Positions 1 through 13,473 of a stretch of DNA of 64,000 nucleotides are shown in pieces; the first letter of the stretch is position 1, and every line of letters begins with the position of its first letter. The position numbers and the translations under genes are program-made. The stretch is taken from the NCBI GenBank assembly GCA_053919585.1, contig CM132801.1; one strand, written 5' to 3'. The stretch is from Euprymna scolopes (taxonomy: Eukaryota). The notes under the pieces were generated by a model. The model was not told where the DNA came from and made no database searches. It saw only the letters and a list, made by a program, of their open reading frames with translations.

Positions 1-89
1 TAAAATAAGTATATCATGGTTAACATCCATTACATAGTTCAGAAAATGTTTAAAATGTAAGAGGACGTAAGAAAAAAATTCACTAACTA

Positions 90-1725
90 CAGTGATGATC
101 ATATTTATTGGCACGGTAAAATAAAAGTTAAATTTTGTCTAATAAATTCTAAAAAAGGGATTAAATTAAAGAAAATAACAAAGTATATTATGTATTTTTA
201 ACTGGCCTTTCCGATGCAGCAATCGGATTTTAGAAAAAATAAATAACAAAGGAACAACAAACATAATTGCAAAAAACCCTTGTTCAAAATTATTGGCACG
301 ATTTATTTAATAATCAATTGTATAGCCTTTGGCCTTGATTACCTTCCTCAGTCGCTTTTCATAGTTTACAACCAAGTTGTTGCACTCTTCAGTAGTAATT
401 TTAGCCCACTCTTCCTGACAATAATCCTCCAATTGAATAAGATTTTTAGGCTTCCTTTGCATTACCCTCAATTTTAATGTTCTCCATAAATTTTCAATTG
501 GATTAAGGTCTGGGCTTTGTGATGGCCACTCCAAAACATTAATATGATTGTCCTCAAGCCATTTCTTAGTCAGTTTAGCCGAATGCTTTGGGTCATTATC
601 TTGCATGAACCACCAACGACGACCAAGTGAGAGCTCTTTAGCAGAGTCTTTCAGGTTTTCATCCAATATTTTAACATAATCTTCCTTTTTTATGCTACCT
701 GTGACCTTAACAAGTCGCCCTGGTCCAGAGGCAGCAAAGGATCCCCAAAACATCAAACTGCCTCCACCGTGCTTCACTGTGGGTATGGTGTTCTTAGGCA
801 GGAAAGCTTCGCCAGATTTTCTGTAAATATAAGACACTTTATTATGGCCAAATAACTCTATTTTCGTTTCGTCAGTCCATAGAACACGTTTCCAGAATGC
901 AACATCTTTATCAATATGACGTTTTGCAAAGGCTAGCCTTGCTTTCAGGTGCATAGGCTTCAATAAGGGAGTCTTTCTCGGACGACATGCTTTTAAACCA
1001 GCTCTCTTCAAAACTCTACCAACTGTATGTCGAGATACATTCACTCCAGAGGTGCTCTGTTCATCAACAATCTCCCCAACAGAGATCCTTGGGTTTTGTT
1101 TTACTTGTCGAACAATTTTCCGTTCATCTCTTCGGGAAAGAATCCTTTTTCTCCCTCTACCCTCTAAACTCATAACGTGGCCTTGCGATTTGAACTTGTT
1201 TATTATGGCTCTAACAGTGGATTTGGGTAGGTTTAGCTTCTTTGAAATCTTATCATAGCCCTCCCCATTGGTATGGCATGCTACAACAAGCTTCCTGACG
1301 TCTTCGCTGTGTTCCTTAGTTTTAACCATGGCGATTGAAAATTATAATTTAGTCACTTATAATAGTTTAAATAAATCGCTATCTAAAAATTATCTGAAAA
1401 AAATTATTCACTGAATTAGCGTTAAACAAGCATAATATGGCTATAAAAAAGTTCAGAAAGCACGTAAACCGGAAATTGATTGATATTATACTGATACTAA
1501 AAGAAAAACAAAGCCGTGCCAATAATTTTGAACAAAGGTTTTTTGCAATTATGTTTGTTGTTCCTTTGTTATTTATTTTTTCTAAAATCCGATTGCTGCA
1601 TCGGAAAGGCCAGTTAAAAATACATAATATACTTTGTTATTTTCTTTAATTTAATCTCTTTTTTAGAATTTATTAGACAAAATTTAACTTTTATTTTACC
1701 GTGCCAATAAATATGATCATCACTG
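90..1725 (-). mobile_element. Intact Tc1-family DNA transposon with long IR/DR-type terminal inverted repeats
   Basis: TIRs at 90-300 and 1515-1725 (~211 bp, CAGTG...CACTG, a few mismatches). TA on both sides (88-89, 1726-1727). Internal direct repeat TATTGGCACG near both ends of each TIR. Confidence 0.97.
307..1329 (-). CDS. Tc1 transposase (DD34E), 340 aa, uninterrupted
   Basis: Paired-like HTH N-terminus, GRKR linker, WTDETK, QDNDPKH and SPDLNPIE motifs; 34 residues between the second D and E. Confidence 0.96.
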   Translation of the reverse strand: MVKTKEHSEDVRKLVVACHTNGEGYDKISKKLNLPKSTVRAIINKFKSQGHVMSLEGRGRKRILSRRDERKIVRQVKQNPRISVGEIVDEQSTSGVNVSRHTVGRVLKRAGLKACRPRKTPLLKPMHLKARLAFAKRHIDKDVAFWKRVLWTDETKIELFGHNKVSYIYRKSGEAFLPKNTIPTVKHGGGSLMFWGSFAASGPGRLVKVTGSIKKEDYVKILDENLKDSAKELSLGRRWWFMQDNDPKHSAKLTKKWLEDNHINVLEWPSQSPDLNPIENLWRTLKLRVMQRKPKNLIQLEDYCQEEWAKITTEECNNLVVNYEKRLRKVIKAKGYTIDY

Positions 1726-2907
1726 TATGTCCAGAGTCAAACTAATAAAATAATTTTGAGACGAAATTTGATTTTATTCATCAACAGAGTTCCCTTCTAC
1801 AGTGTTACACTGATTTCAATGCCTTTTTAATAATTCAATATTTTTTTGTAGTCTTTGGTCCAAATATTATGCAGAAACACATAATTATTTTTTCCATCAA
1901 ACCCATTGTTTTTATTTAATTTTGATATTATTGCAAAATAGTAATACTGAAACATTTTTTTTGTCATTTAGATTTTGTAAATAATTTTCAAAAAAAATCA
2001 TATTTTCATTTAGATAGAATTTATTATCAACGGAAATAAATAATATCTGAAAAGATTTAAATTTGAATATCGATAAAGGCCATTTTTAAACTGTGCCTCC
2101 ATTTTTAATCATGACTCAATCTAAGAAAGATAACTTATATTTTAACTTGAAGAAGGTAATAGGAGTTATCCACCTTACAACTAAAATGTTTTTTTTTCTG
2201 TATAATTAGAAAAGTATGTAAATAAATAACAATTAAAAATTAAAATTACATTACTGCATCCAGTGAAAAGCTGGATAGATACACATTGGTTTATTGCTGG
2301 TTATGTTTTCCTGATTTAAACAATCCAACTCGACCTCAATGGGTAACTCAATGAATCACATTTCTGTTCTAGTATTTTTAAAATCTAATGATTGTGTTTG
2401 TCTTTATACTTTGATGTGTACGAAATTTAACATCTTATTAGCAACCTTATTAACTTAAAATGGTATGTAATTGCTATATCTAATAAAATGAAAAAAAAAA
2501 AAAAAATGTAATAATTAGTATTCATTGTTCATACAGAATTTGTACATTGGTGATGTTTTATTTTATATATATATATGACATGGACAATACTTGTTATATT
2601 CTCAAACCATATACCAGATATGCTAGTCTATGATTGTTTCCACAAACTACATTTAGGTTATTAGACCTACAAACAAAAGATTGTAGTAATGAGTCTCTAC
2701 CTATGCAGATGATCGTAAGGGCGTTATATTCATTTATTTTTCTTATTACATGAAGAGCCAGAATCACTTCCATTGAAAAACATATTATCTTAGATTTTAA
2801 TGAAATTTAAACTTTATAAAGTCACACATAATTAAACAGATTCTCGAAATTCGGGGAAATCTTGATTATTTTAATGGGGTCTTAATAATGCAAAACAACA
2901 CTAGTAA

Positions 2908-2948
2908 CTACAGTCAAATTAGCTCTGTTTTAGCTATCTTCAGTGTAT
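2908..2948 (-). ncRNA. Degenerate minimal hammerhead-like motif
   Basis: Minus strand reads taca CTGAAGA tagct AAAAC aga gctaa ttt GAC tgta. Stems I and III can form, but two core positions are mutated. Confidence 0.25.
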
Positions 2949-5418
2949 ATGTTTTTGATTCATCCAAAGCATTTGAACACCTAACACCTGGCAGTTTTTG
3001 AAGGGATCATTGGGGAAGCATTAACCCCAACCCCCCACTTTAATTGATTTTAATCAGATTCAAGCAAACACAATATTGTATTGATTGTAGAAAATTGAAA
3101 AAAAAAAAAAAAAAAAAACGGTAAAAAAACCTTATGGGAACTTTTCTAATCCCATAACTTCAGCGGTGTAATCTCTATTTCGACAAATGTTTAATCAAAG
3201 TAATGCTTTTGATTGCTAGCAAGTATTTTTAAGGCTTTAGGTCTTGTACTTATTAAAGTTTCCAAGTGTTTCTCGATGTTATGAATCCGAATTTTGGACG
3301 GTATACCAGTGAGTTAAAGATAGAAAATAGAATAAAGTTTGTAATTTAATTTTAGAAGAAATGTATTTTTACATAGATTAATCTGATATTGCTTATATAT
3401 GGAATGAGTCGATAAGCATGGAAACAGTCTAGTATAAAATATTGATACAGAAACGTGTTTAAAACTTTCATGAACTTCAAAATTCATTACAATTTTTATG
3501 GATAAATCTTGGTTCTGGCATGACAATTTTATTTGCATAAAGTGGACAATTTAAGTNNNNNNNNNNNNNNNNNNNNNNNNNNNNNNNNNNNNNNNNNNNN
3601 NNNNNNNNNNNNNNNNNNNNNNNNNNNNNNNNNNNNNNNNNNNNNNNNNNNNNNNNNNNNNNNNNNNNNNNNNNNNNNNNNNNNNNNNNNNNNNNNNNNN
3701 NNNNNNNNNNNNNTATGCGTGTTACAGCATCACAGTTAAATGGTTGATTTGAGAGCTAAACTAACTGCAGGTTTAGAATCAGTATCTTCAATCTGATCTT
3801 TGAAAAGTAAAAGAACTCTGGAAATTTAACTTTCCAGAAGTTCTGTAATCTTTTTAATACTCATAATGCAAAATTCAAAGTACGTAAAAATACTATAAAC
3901 AAAAAGTCTACTTTTTTAGCGCTCTTTTTCCAGTTTAATATTTTCTACTATTAAACAACTTTTTTATTTTTTTACATAGGCGTCACCACTTATAAAGGCT
4001 AAACAACAAGTAGATGAAAAAGACAAACTATTTTTTGTTTGATTGGTAAAATGGATAAAATGTTCGCCTTCAGCTCCAATATTTGATACCATCTTTCAGT
4101 GTTCGTTTTTTGTTATTTATTTATTTTTTTTACTTAACGTTCCAGTAATTTTCTTGCCGGTATTGACTATTATCATAAATCTAAATGATTCACATTTTAG
4201 AAACTATTTTATTGCGATTAAAAAAAAAATTTTTTTTTCATTTGAACTGATGAGCAGAAGAGAAAGGTTTGAGAAATTCGGTGTCAATGTCAATTAAGCT
4301 GGTATACTAATATTTCAGACACAATTAACTCTAATATTTCAATATATTGATATTTTTCATTCAAATCGGTTTTAATTTGAAGATGTATAAAATATGTTAC
4401 TGTTTCCAAGGTGAATCACTTTCTATAGAATCTCGGTGTAGTTCTTAAAAAAAACAAATTCCAATAATTCTCTTGTCATTTTGTTGTTCTATACAACAAA
4501 CCCTTCTTAATAGGTCAAACCGTTCTGATCCTCTCTTCCCGTCACCCCTACTTCACTTATTTGTCATAACTTTTCACTGCTGCTATTGTTGTAAAAAGGT
4601 CAAAGGAGATTTCTATGCCCAAGAGAGAATTTCCTCCTTAATATCTACTGCCCATCCTCTTCAAATCTAAAAGAGTGAAGGGATGTCTTTTGAAAGAAGT
4701 GCCACAAAGTGTGGAATGTAAGAAATTATCTTAGATTCTTATTTGCTCATTCACAGTTTTATCTCTTAATCCTGTGCTGGCCAAAAAGCTTAACAGAATC
4801 ATAAATAGATCAAACGAGTCAGCTTTGGTTACAATGTACATCAGCTACCATAGACTTATTGGCTTACATTAATTTTCTTTCGCTTAGAATTATACATTGT
4901 ATAACATTGCAGAAAAGCTTCTTAAGTAAGCCTTTTCCTGAAGGGATATTTTGACGTATAAAGTTTCCCATTATATATATATTGCCTGGTCCCTTACTTA
5001 AAAATGTGTACAATGAACTTGAAAATTCCAAGCATAGTTTTTTTTTTCAAAGACGCAAATATAAATACATAAAAGAATAATTAATTTACAAATTTTAAAA
5101 GCAAGACGGAAATATTATAAAATCATGTGTGCATGATAGAGCTTACAGTTTCATTAATTTATAAGTATTTATAGACTGGAGAGAAATTATTCAAGATCGA
5201 TATTCTCCAACATTGGAGAAACTTATAGTATTACTTCTTATTACATAAAAATTNNNNNNNNNNNNNNNNNNNNNNNNNNNNNNNNNNNNNNNNNNNNNNN
5301 NNNNNNNNNNNNNNNNNNNNNNNNNNNNNNNNNNNNNNNNNNNNNNNNNNNNNNNNNNNNNNNNNNNNNNNNNNNNNNNNNNNNNNNNNNNNNNNNNNNN
5401 NNNNNNNNNNNNNNATGG

Positions 5419-6122
5419 TTGACTATTTTAAAAAACTGATTGCATACAATGATAGAAGATGTATCGAGACACAGAGATGGATAGGTTTTATCTGGCCGAA
5501 CGGTGGTTCATTATAATTGTGGCGTCTGCGTTCGCGCCTGGTCCACAAAGTATAGAAATAAAAAATTTAAAAATTAAAAAAAAAACGTTTACAAGTGATT
5601 TTGATATAGATGTACATAAGAATACTTTGATAAGTATGTTTTAACTTAAATAGGGATGGTATGATAAAATTGTGTGGTCTGCATTCGCGCCTGGCCTCCA
5701 TAGAATGGAAATAGGCCAAAATTAATAAAAACTTATCATATCTATCTCCGTAAGTATATTTTGATAATTATATTTCATTTTGAAGAAATATGGTATAATA
5801 AAATTATGGGGTGTTCGTTCGCGCCTGACCTCCATAGAATGGAAATATGTCACAAAGTTTAACAAGGTTTTTTAATATAGATCCACAGAATATTGTGATA
5901 AGTGTTTCAGTGTGAACAGGTATGCTATAATAAATTATGGGGTTTATCTATTTTATTTTTACTTTCATCTTATTCTGCTTTGGTTTTGATACCCCCAAAT
6001 TCGAAGGTATCTCTTTACAACCTTTCCTTTTCATATTCCTTTTCATACTTTAATAAATCAGAGTCCATTTTCTGTAGGCTGTTTTTGAATCCAGTCAACG
6101 ACGCATACTTTTTGCTGTCTAG
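5419..6122 (+). mobile_element. Non-autonomous Helitron-like repeat (5' end lost in N block)
   Basis: Colinear with 52962-53721; internal subrepeats (ggggtctgcattcgcgcctg); degenerate 3' hairpin followed by CTAG. Confidence 0.7.
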
Positions 6123-6150
6123 CCGCACTGATGAGCTGTGAAACAGCGAA
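6122..6150 (+). ncRNA. Hammerhead ribozyme, 5' half (remainder masked)
   Basis: gccgca CTGATGA GCTG tgaaa CAGC GAA, then N. Canonical core with a G-C closed stem II. Confidence 0.75.
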
Positions 6151-6899
6151 NNNNNNNNNNNNNNNNNNNNNNNNNNNNNNNNNNNNNNNNNNNNNNNNNN
6201 NNNNNNNNNNNNNNNNNNNNNNNNNNNNNNNNNNNNNNNNNNNNNNNNNNNNNNNNNNNNNNNNNNNNNNNNNNNNNNNNNNNNGTATTAAAACACATAG
6301 ACATTCAAGAGAAAAAAAAGAAACAAAACAGAGCTTATTACAGTTAAACTAAACTCACGTGTTTTAAGTTCTGTTTCGCACACTGCCTTGTGGATTAAGA
6401 TTATTGAACCAATTCCTAAGATTGATGTAACCCCGTTAGAAACCTTCAGAAGAGCTCAGGCCCTGTCATCTGTGACATGCATGAGCCACAGGTGTGTGGA
6501 ATATGCTTTGCTGCCCAGCAAACTATGCCCCAGTCATTGGTCAAATGGCATAGGGGAGTAGATGGGGCTCCCATAAGGCGTGGTGAAGCTGGACACCCTA
6601 GAAGAAGCAAATCTCTGATATAATAAACACAAACAAGTAAAACATCTATTGGCGATTGAGTTGTAGAGTAAAGTAGTAGAAGTTGCCGATGAACAAATCA
6701 ATACTTGCTAGGCACCTGATTAGGATGGCCTACCTGTTGAACTTCTGAAGATGTGAAGTGGAAATGATGCCCAGGCAGTATTTAATCTTATCGTTAATAC
6801 ATAGGACTCGTGTTCCCAAAGATTGGGTAGTTGGTATCTTAGTGCTTTTGTATAATGGCGAGTATAATGGAAAGGTGTTTGTGATCGCCATTGGAGTAT

Positions 6900-8300
6900 C
6901 ACATTTCTAGAAACTATTTTTGCTTGACTTCTACTAAACAGGCTAATGGAAGATATTTGTATAACAACTACTCCGCACTAATCACAAAGTGGTTTTAGAT
7001 CTGGGAGAGAAACCATCGACATGATATTTAGTGCCCATAAGATTCAAGAAAAAGGCATCAAATAGCAGGTGCCACAATACAAAGCTTTTTGGACTTAACA
7101 ATAGTTTTTAATACCATTAATCATAATGCTTTATGGATGATTCCTGGGAAAGTAAAGTCTCCACCACTTTTTGTCAGCAAAAAAGCATGGTCAAACACAT
7201 ACACACGGATATAAAAGTTCAGGTCATCTTTAATGAACAATTGTCTGAGGAGATTCCAATAGACATTCTAGCACTAACACTCTTCTCCATATTCTTTGCT
7301 GCTATGCTTACACATGCATTTCACCACTATAAAAAGTGTTTTTTTACAATCTACAATTACTGAAAGCATTTTCAATTTCAGATGGTTTCATTTCAAGTCA
7401 AATGTCTTTCAGAGTCTAATCTGGAAACTTCTTTATGCGGATGATGTAGACTTTCTTACAAGAGATGAAACTCATTATGAATCTTGTTTTGTTTTTCTGT
7501 CATAGTAATTATATTATGGTATTGGTATTAAAAATTATATTATGGTATAGGTATTAAAATCAGCTTGAAAAAGACGAAAGTCATGTTCACAAAAGCATCT
7601 GGTGAACCATACTTTGAGTCAGATTTTCATGGTATTCAAAAATCAAAATGGGAATAAATACAGTTTATGGCAGCTCGTGTTCAATACCTTTGTTTATCTT
7701 GATGGAAGCTTATAAAGGGATGATTCCCTTTATGCAAAAATGCAGATACAGAAAATCTCTGTTGCCTTTCAAAAATTTGAGGAACGAATTTATGCAAATA
7801 AAGGCATGACCTGTGTCTTGAGAGCTCTATTGTATTCATGTGAGGTATGGACCCTACATCATAGACATATCGAACTGCTTAAACGTTTTCATCCAAAATG
7901 TTTGAAGTGCATATTTAATACCAAGTGGTAAAGTACACGACAGTGAAGGTTTTATGAAGTTCCGTGTACAATATAACAATCACTGTTCATATGCACCTCA
8001 AAGGTTACGTGGTTCACATGATAAAGTTTCTAAACTTCTTTTATTATTGCCAACTACAAGCTAACTGCACAATCCCAGAAGAAGATACAAAGACTGTATC
8101 ATAGAAAATCTGAATAGAATATGTATGGGATTTAAGAATTTGGAAACATGCCATCGCGAGTACACATGAAGAAGTTTTGAAAATAATCATATAGAGCATG
8201 AAAGACTGAAGCATAGATTTTGAAAAGTCAACAGAATAATTTTCATGAATGACGCACAGAGCTGAAAGTGTGATAATTGAGCCTGCATTCTTCTGTTAAA
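6900..8300 (+). pseudogene. Decayed RTE/BovB-type LINE reverse transcriptase
   Basis: Fragments SQSGFRSGRETIDMIFSAHKIQEK, LLYADDVDFL and LLYSCEVWTL..RFHPKCLKCI, with many stops and frameshifts; boundaries approximate. Confidence 0.8.
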
Positions 8301-8645
8301 GGTTGACTGTTAATTATTTGAAATCTCATACCAAATCAAGGTCACTGTCTTCTCTCTGTTTAAGCCTAAACACCTTGTCGTATATAACGTGCCTAAAAAT
8401 ATTTCAAATCAGCACCAGGTTTTAAAAGGCACCTGGCTGTACACAAAATCGAATTCCACAAAGCAATCCCATCAATACAGTTAAAACTACTTCTTTCATC
8501 TGCCACCTACATTTCCAGCTTTAGAAGTCAAGTGCTGATCTACAAAGTCATCTAAAGAAAGCCAGTAATGCTACTGACAACAGTTGAGTTCAAAGAAACG
8601 GCAATCATCTGTCATGACCAGCAATATATATATATTAAAAAAAAA

Positions 8646-11600
8646 TTTTTTTTTTACATAGGCGTCACCACTTATAAAGGCCGATCGACCACTCAAGGAT
8701 AAGGGTTAAAGAGTGTAGAGTAGTCAAAAGGACAATATAGTAATCAATAGTAATGGAAGTTCAGTAAATTTGTTAACTTAAGTGGAACGGCTCATCAGAA
8801 ACTTGTTCACGTTGGACTTGAAGACAACCATATTATAGACAGCTGGAAAGCAGGAAAACGGAAGACAATTCCACAGGAGTGCAGTTCTAAGAAAGAAGCT
8901 TTGATCATGGAATCTATGTTTAGGTTTAGGCACAGATAAAGAGTGGGGAAAATTATTGATAATGTTTTCAGCTAGTCGAGTGTTTCTTGTGAAAGTTTGG
9001 CGAGGGGGGACCATAGATTGAAGCTCAGTCGAACACTTTCCATGAAAATAACGATAAAGCAGAGACAAACTCGCAACATCTCTTCTGTGAGATAGAGGTT
9101 GCAGCGAAGAGAAAAGGACATCTCCCACCAGGCCACAAAGTCTATTTTGAACTCTATCAAGGCAGGACAAGTCTTTTCTAGCAGCTTCTGCCCATATGTG
9201 GCAACAGTATTCCATCCTTGGACGTATCTGGCTCTTATATAGATAGAGAATTGCATCAGCAGTGAGATATCTACTGGATCTATAGAAGGATCTGACCATT
9301 TTTCCAGCGGCCTTGGCAACAGATTTGATGTACGTATTCCATTTAAGATCAGGAGTAAAGGTCAAGCCCAGACGCCTGTCAAAACTTGAGGCCTCCCCAA
9401 GACGAGAGCCATTCATTTCAATTGATGCCAGATGGGGATCAGTACGTTGATGATGTAAAGATAGAAGTTTGGTTTTAGATGCATTAAAAGTAACCAGCCA
9501 CTCCTTTCCCCATTGTACAACGTGATCAAGATCAGAGGAGAGAGAATCGGAGAGAACTTGGTCGTTTACTGTCTTAGATGTGCTACCATAGATAGTAGTG
9601 TCGTCAGCAAAAATGTCTACGAATGATGTAAGGATGTGATTTGGAAGATCATTAATGTAGATCAGGAAAAGAGTTGGGCCCAGGATGGACCCCTGAGGGA
9701 CCTCAGCATTTATACTGTGAGCTTCTGATTTTTGCCCATCAACTACTACTCTTATGAACCTATCAGAGAGAAATGATTTAATAATTGAGAAGACATTTCC
9801 AGCTATACCATAGCTGGAGATCTTGTGAAGTAAATCTTTATGCCATACCCTATCAAAGGCCTTTGATATGTCAAGAGCAATTGCCCTAGAAAGGTTGCCT
9901 CTGTCGAGAGATTTGCTAATCCTATAAGATATAACTGTAAGCACATCTGCTGTAGATCTAGCAGAACCGAAACCATATTGTGTGTCACTAAGAAGGTTAT
10001 TTTTGCTGAGATGGTTGATTACTTCTCTATTTAACACAGATTCCAGCAACTTACTCATGACGCACAGGAGACTTATTGGCCTGTACTGAGAGGGGGATGA
10101 ACGATCACCTGAATTCTTAAATACAGGGCATACTGATGAAATTTTCCAGGGTGATGGGAAGCAATTCTCTTTAAGAGAACGTTTAAACAGTTTTGTAAGT
10201 ATAGGTGCTAGATCTGGTTGAAGTTTTTTGAGTACTATAATTGGAATACCGTCAGGGCCGGTTGCTTTACTGGAATCAAGGTTTTTGATTAGCTTGGCAA
10301 CATCACATACAGATATTTGTATATCACATAGTGTGTTTTCTGATACAGGAGGAAATATTGGGGGTTGGCGGCCTTGGTCGCAAAGGTTAGAATTGGCTGC
10401 AAAGTTCTTGGCAAAAAGGTTGGCTTTGTCTGATGCTGACGAGATTAACTCAGGTCCATTGATGATAGTTGGGATAGAGCACACGCTTCTGTTCAGGATT
10501 CTGTTTGCAATTTGCCAAAACTGGTGGGAACCAAGCCGCTGCTCAGCTACTTTGGACTTGACGGACTGAGCATACAACTCTCTTGCGTTCTTTATTACTT
10601 TCTTACAATGGTTGCTGGCAGTCCTTAAAGCGGCTTTAGTTTCCATACATCTATTACGTTGGAAGCAGTGGAAAAAGTGATTTCTGTGCGCAATAGTAGC
10701 AGCACATTCTGGAGAAAACCATGGCTGGCTGTTAGGTTTTTGCTGGAACTTTTTCGAGGATATAAAATTGTCTATACCTACAATTAACCATTCTGTCAGG
10801 TCTGATACTATAGACGACACATCCTTTTTAAACATGGAACGCAGAGGAAGATCCGATATAAATGTACGGAAACTATCCCAGTCAGCCATAGTGTATCGAT
10901 ATACTGTACGATGGAGAGGTATGTCTGAGGACTTATTACATTTCATTTTTATCTTAATTGATACAACTGAGTGGTTGGAAGATTCAAGAGGAGACAGAAC
11001 GGAAACTGAACATAGTTCAGGGCAAGTTGTGAGAAAAAGGTCTAGGAGACTTGCATACTGGCCGTCATTGTCGGGCACACGGGTGGGTTCGTGAACAATC
11101 TGAGTGAGGTCATAAGCAATGGAGAAATCATGACAGAATCTCCCCTCATCATCAGTCTTGTTTGAGTGGGTCAACCATTCCACATTGTGAACATTGAAGT
11201 CTCCACATACGTGAATGTTAGCTGAAGGATATGCTGATAGAACTTGGTCAATTTTCTCAGATATGCTTTTAAAGATAGTAACTCCGCTGTTATGGGGGCG
11301 ATAGAGAGTAATATAAATGCTGTAGTGTGAGCTAGTGCTACTCGGAAGCACATATAGGGTAAGTTAGGATCTTCTCTGGAGATGTCCCTACCACATGGAA
11401 AGCCATCTTTTATATAGGCACATATTCCATGCCCATGGCGATCTTGGGGGTCAGATTTGGAAGTTAGGTTAGAGTATCCTTTAATTACGAACTAATTTAG
11501 GGAAATAGTCTGTCCAATTCCAGTTTCTCTTAAAAATAAAAGGTCTGGTTTAGTCTCCTGTAATTGAGCTTCAACCTCTGGAAAGTTAGAACGTAGACCC

Positions 11601-12225
11601 CTGATGTTGGAGAAGGAGACATGGTAGTGGGGGTCTATGTTGGAAGTTTCAGATCCGGGTTTAATCGTGTATTTTTTATTGAAACTTGTCATGATGGAAT
11701 TTTGGAGTTTGTGGACTAGGTTGTAGACTTGCTTAGAGCAGGACAGAGAGGGGAAACAAAGAGAGAAAAGTAACAAAGAATTTTTTTTTTTTTTTTTTTT
11801 TTTTTTTGTAGCACATGATAAGGTAAAACCGTAACAATTACCCACTAGTATGGCATTGAATCCATTCACCAAATGGCAATACAGCAGCCCCAGTACTTTG
11901 CGCCTGCTGATAGGACAGCCTCCTTAGTGGTTAATCCAAGGTTCGGGTCCCTGACTATCAGGCGGATAACGTCAGCCCAGATAAAACGTTTACCTCCAGC
12001 ACCCTTACTAGTGACATGGCTACAAGGATAGACATAGAACAGAAAATTTCCGCCATCTCTGTCAACTGTTCACGCAAAATACTGCCAACCTAGAATACAG
12101 CTTTTTCTTCTCCCTTTGTCAGAAAAATCACTCATTAAAAAAATGAGGACTGAATGACAAATAAAGAGAAGCGAGAGTAACGGGAGCTGCCGACAACGCT
12201 TCCACAAAACGTTCTCTACTCTCCT
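8646..12225 (-). mobile_element. Near full-length CR1/L2-group non-LTR retrotransposon
   Basis: Poly(T) tail at 8646-8655, a 3' UTR shared with other copies, an APE+RT coding region, ~500 bp of 5' leader, and A tracts on both flanks. Confidence 0.9.
8778..11692 (-). pseudogene. LINE APE endonuclease + reverse transcriptase ORF with one stop (~11492) and one frameshift (~11330)
   Basis: SFSNIRGLRSNF..PDLLFLRET, then after TAG FVIKGY..HGHGICAYIK..YMCFR. A frameshift leads into the 857-aa frame with CGDFN, YRPISLL, LDISKAFDRV, PQGSILGP and FADD. Confidence 0.9.
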
Positions 12226-12369
12226 TTAAAAAAAAAAAAAAAATCTATTAAGTATTGTACTTAATAAAAGTCCAACTGGCGTGTTTTATAAAGGGAACGT
12301 ATGGTGATAGATTCACCTCTCACGACTTAACAATGAATACAATTTCCTAATCTGTTCATGCAATCAACA

Positions 12370-12967
12370 TGGTAGATATAATAAACGTTTATGACGAGAA
12401 AACGCTATCATTAAATAAAACAATCAGGAGATAAAAATATACATTAAGTACTGAAATAGAATGTAGTTATTAATATTAGAAATTAAACATAAAAATTAAA
12501 ATACACTTATCTCGAACACGCATTCGTCTTCAGAGTGCAAACTGATTTGAGAAGACTTTTAGCTTTAATATCAGCGTCCCAAAAGACTTTTTTTTTTTAA
12601 TTAACCGTTAAAACAAAAACGTGATCGCGTTCTGAATTTTTGCATGTGACGTTTAAGAAATTGCGATATAAGAGAACAGCGAGGGGGGGTCCTCTGAAAT
12701 TCAACTAGTGCCGTTATAAGTAAATTCAACATAAAATGAAAAAGAAAACAGAAATTGAGGGGGGGGGGGTCTGAAAGAGATATAAAATGGTTGAGTATGC
12801 TATCCTTAAGATCAACTTGGTAGATAATAAACATTTATGACGAGAAAACGCTATCCTTAAATAAAACAATCAGGAGATAAAAATATAAATTAAGTACTGA
12901 AATAGAATGTAGTTATTAATATTAGAAATTAAACATAAAAATTAAAATACACTTATCTCGAACACGC

Positions 12968-12970
<3 letters not shown>
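12370..12970 (+). repeat. ~155-bp direct repeat pair (12370-12524 and 12818-12970)
   Basis: Near-identical segments tggtagat...ctcgaacacgcatt about 450 bp apart; the second copy runs into (GT)n. Confidence 0.85.
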
Positions 12971-13014
<44 letters not shown>

Positions 13015-13473
13015 AATAAGACAGCTTCCCTCAGTGTGCTTTGAATTCAATTATTTTTTTCCGGGGGTGAGTGTCTATAAACACTATAATAAGTAAATGA
13101 TTTTTTTTACTGATCCTCACGTCAAGCTGCTTTTTTTTGTTTTCAATTGTCCAAGATGTTCAACAGGAAAAAAAAAATGCTTTCTCTCCTGAATATTGCC
13201 ATTCCAGACCATAAAACCTATATGATGGATATGATACAGGCTGCCCACTCATTCGATAAAAATTCTTGTTCAAACAAACCAAAACAGAAACTGAACCATC
13301 AAGTAAAAATTCTGGAAAAAAAAATAGCAGAAATCTCTTGGATAGTCACATTTGGATTATTCTGTGCAGGACATCTTTTATGCCAGATTTTACAAAATAA
13401 AATCAGTAAAAAGTGCCCCTCCAATTCTTGATTGGGAGAACTTTGAATTGGATCTAATCAATATGATAAATAT

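Noticed and set aside
860-878. CTGACGA-AAC-GAAA on the minus strand
   Set aside because: This is the transposase WTDETK coding sequence; the match is coincidental.
6128-6134. TGATGA as a snoRNA box C (also 46618)
   Set aside because: It is followed by a hairpin and GAA(A), which fits a hammerhead core better.
6490-6580. Possible HDV-like ribozyme in the RTE 5' region
   Set aside because: Complementary segments exist, but I could not build the nested double pseudoknot.
12500-12535. Minus-strand CTGAAGA-CGAA..TTC-GAGA motif
   Set aside because: GAAA is absent and stem I does not form.
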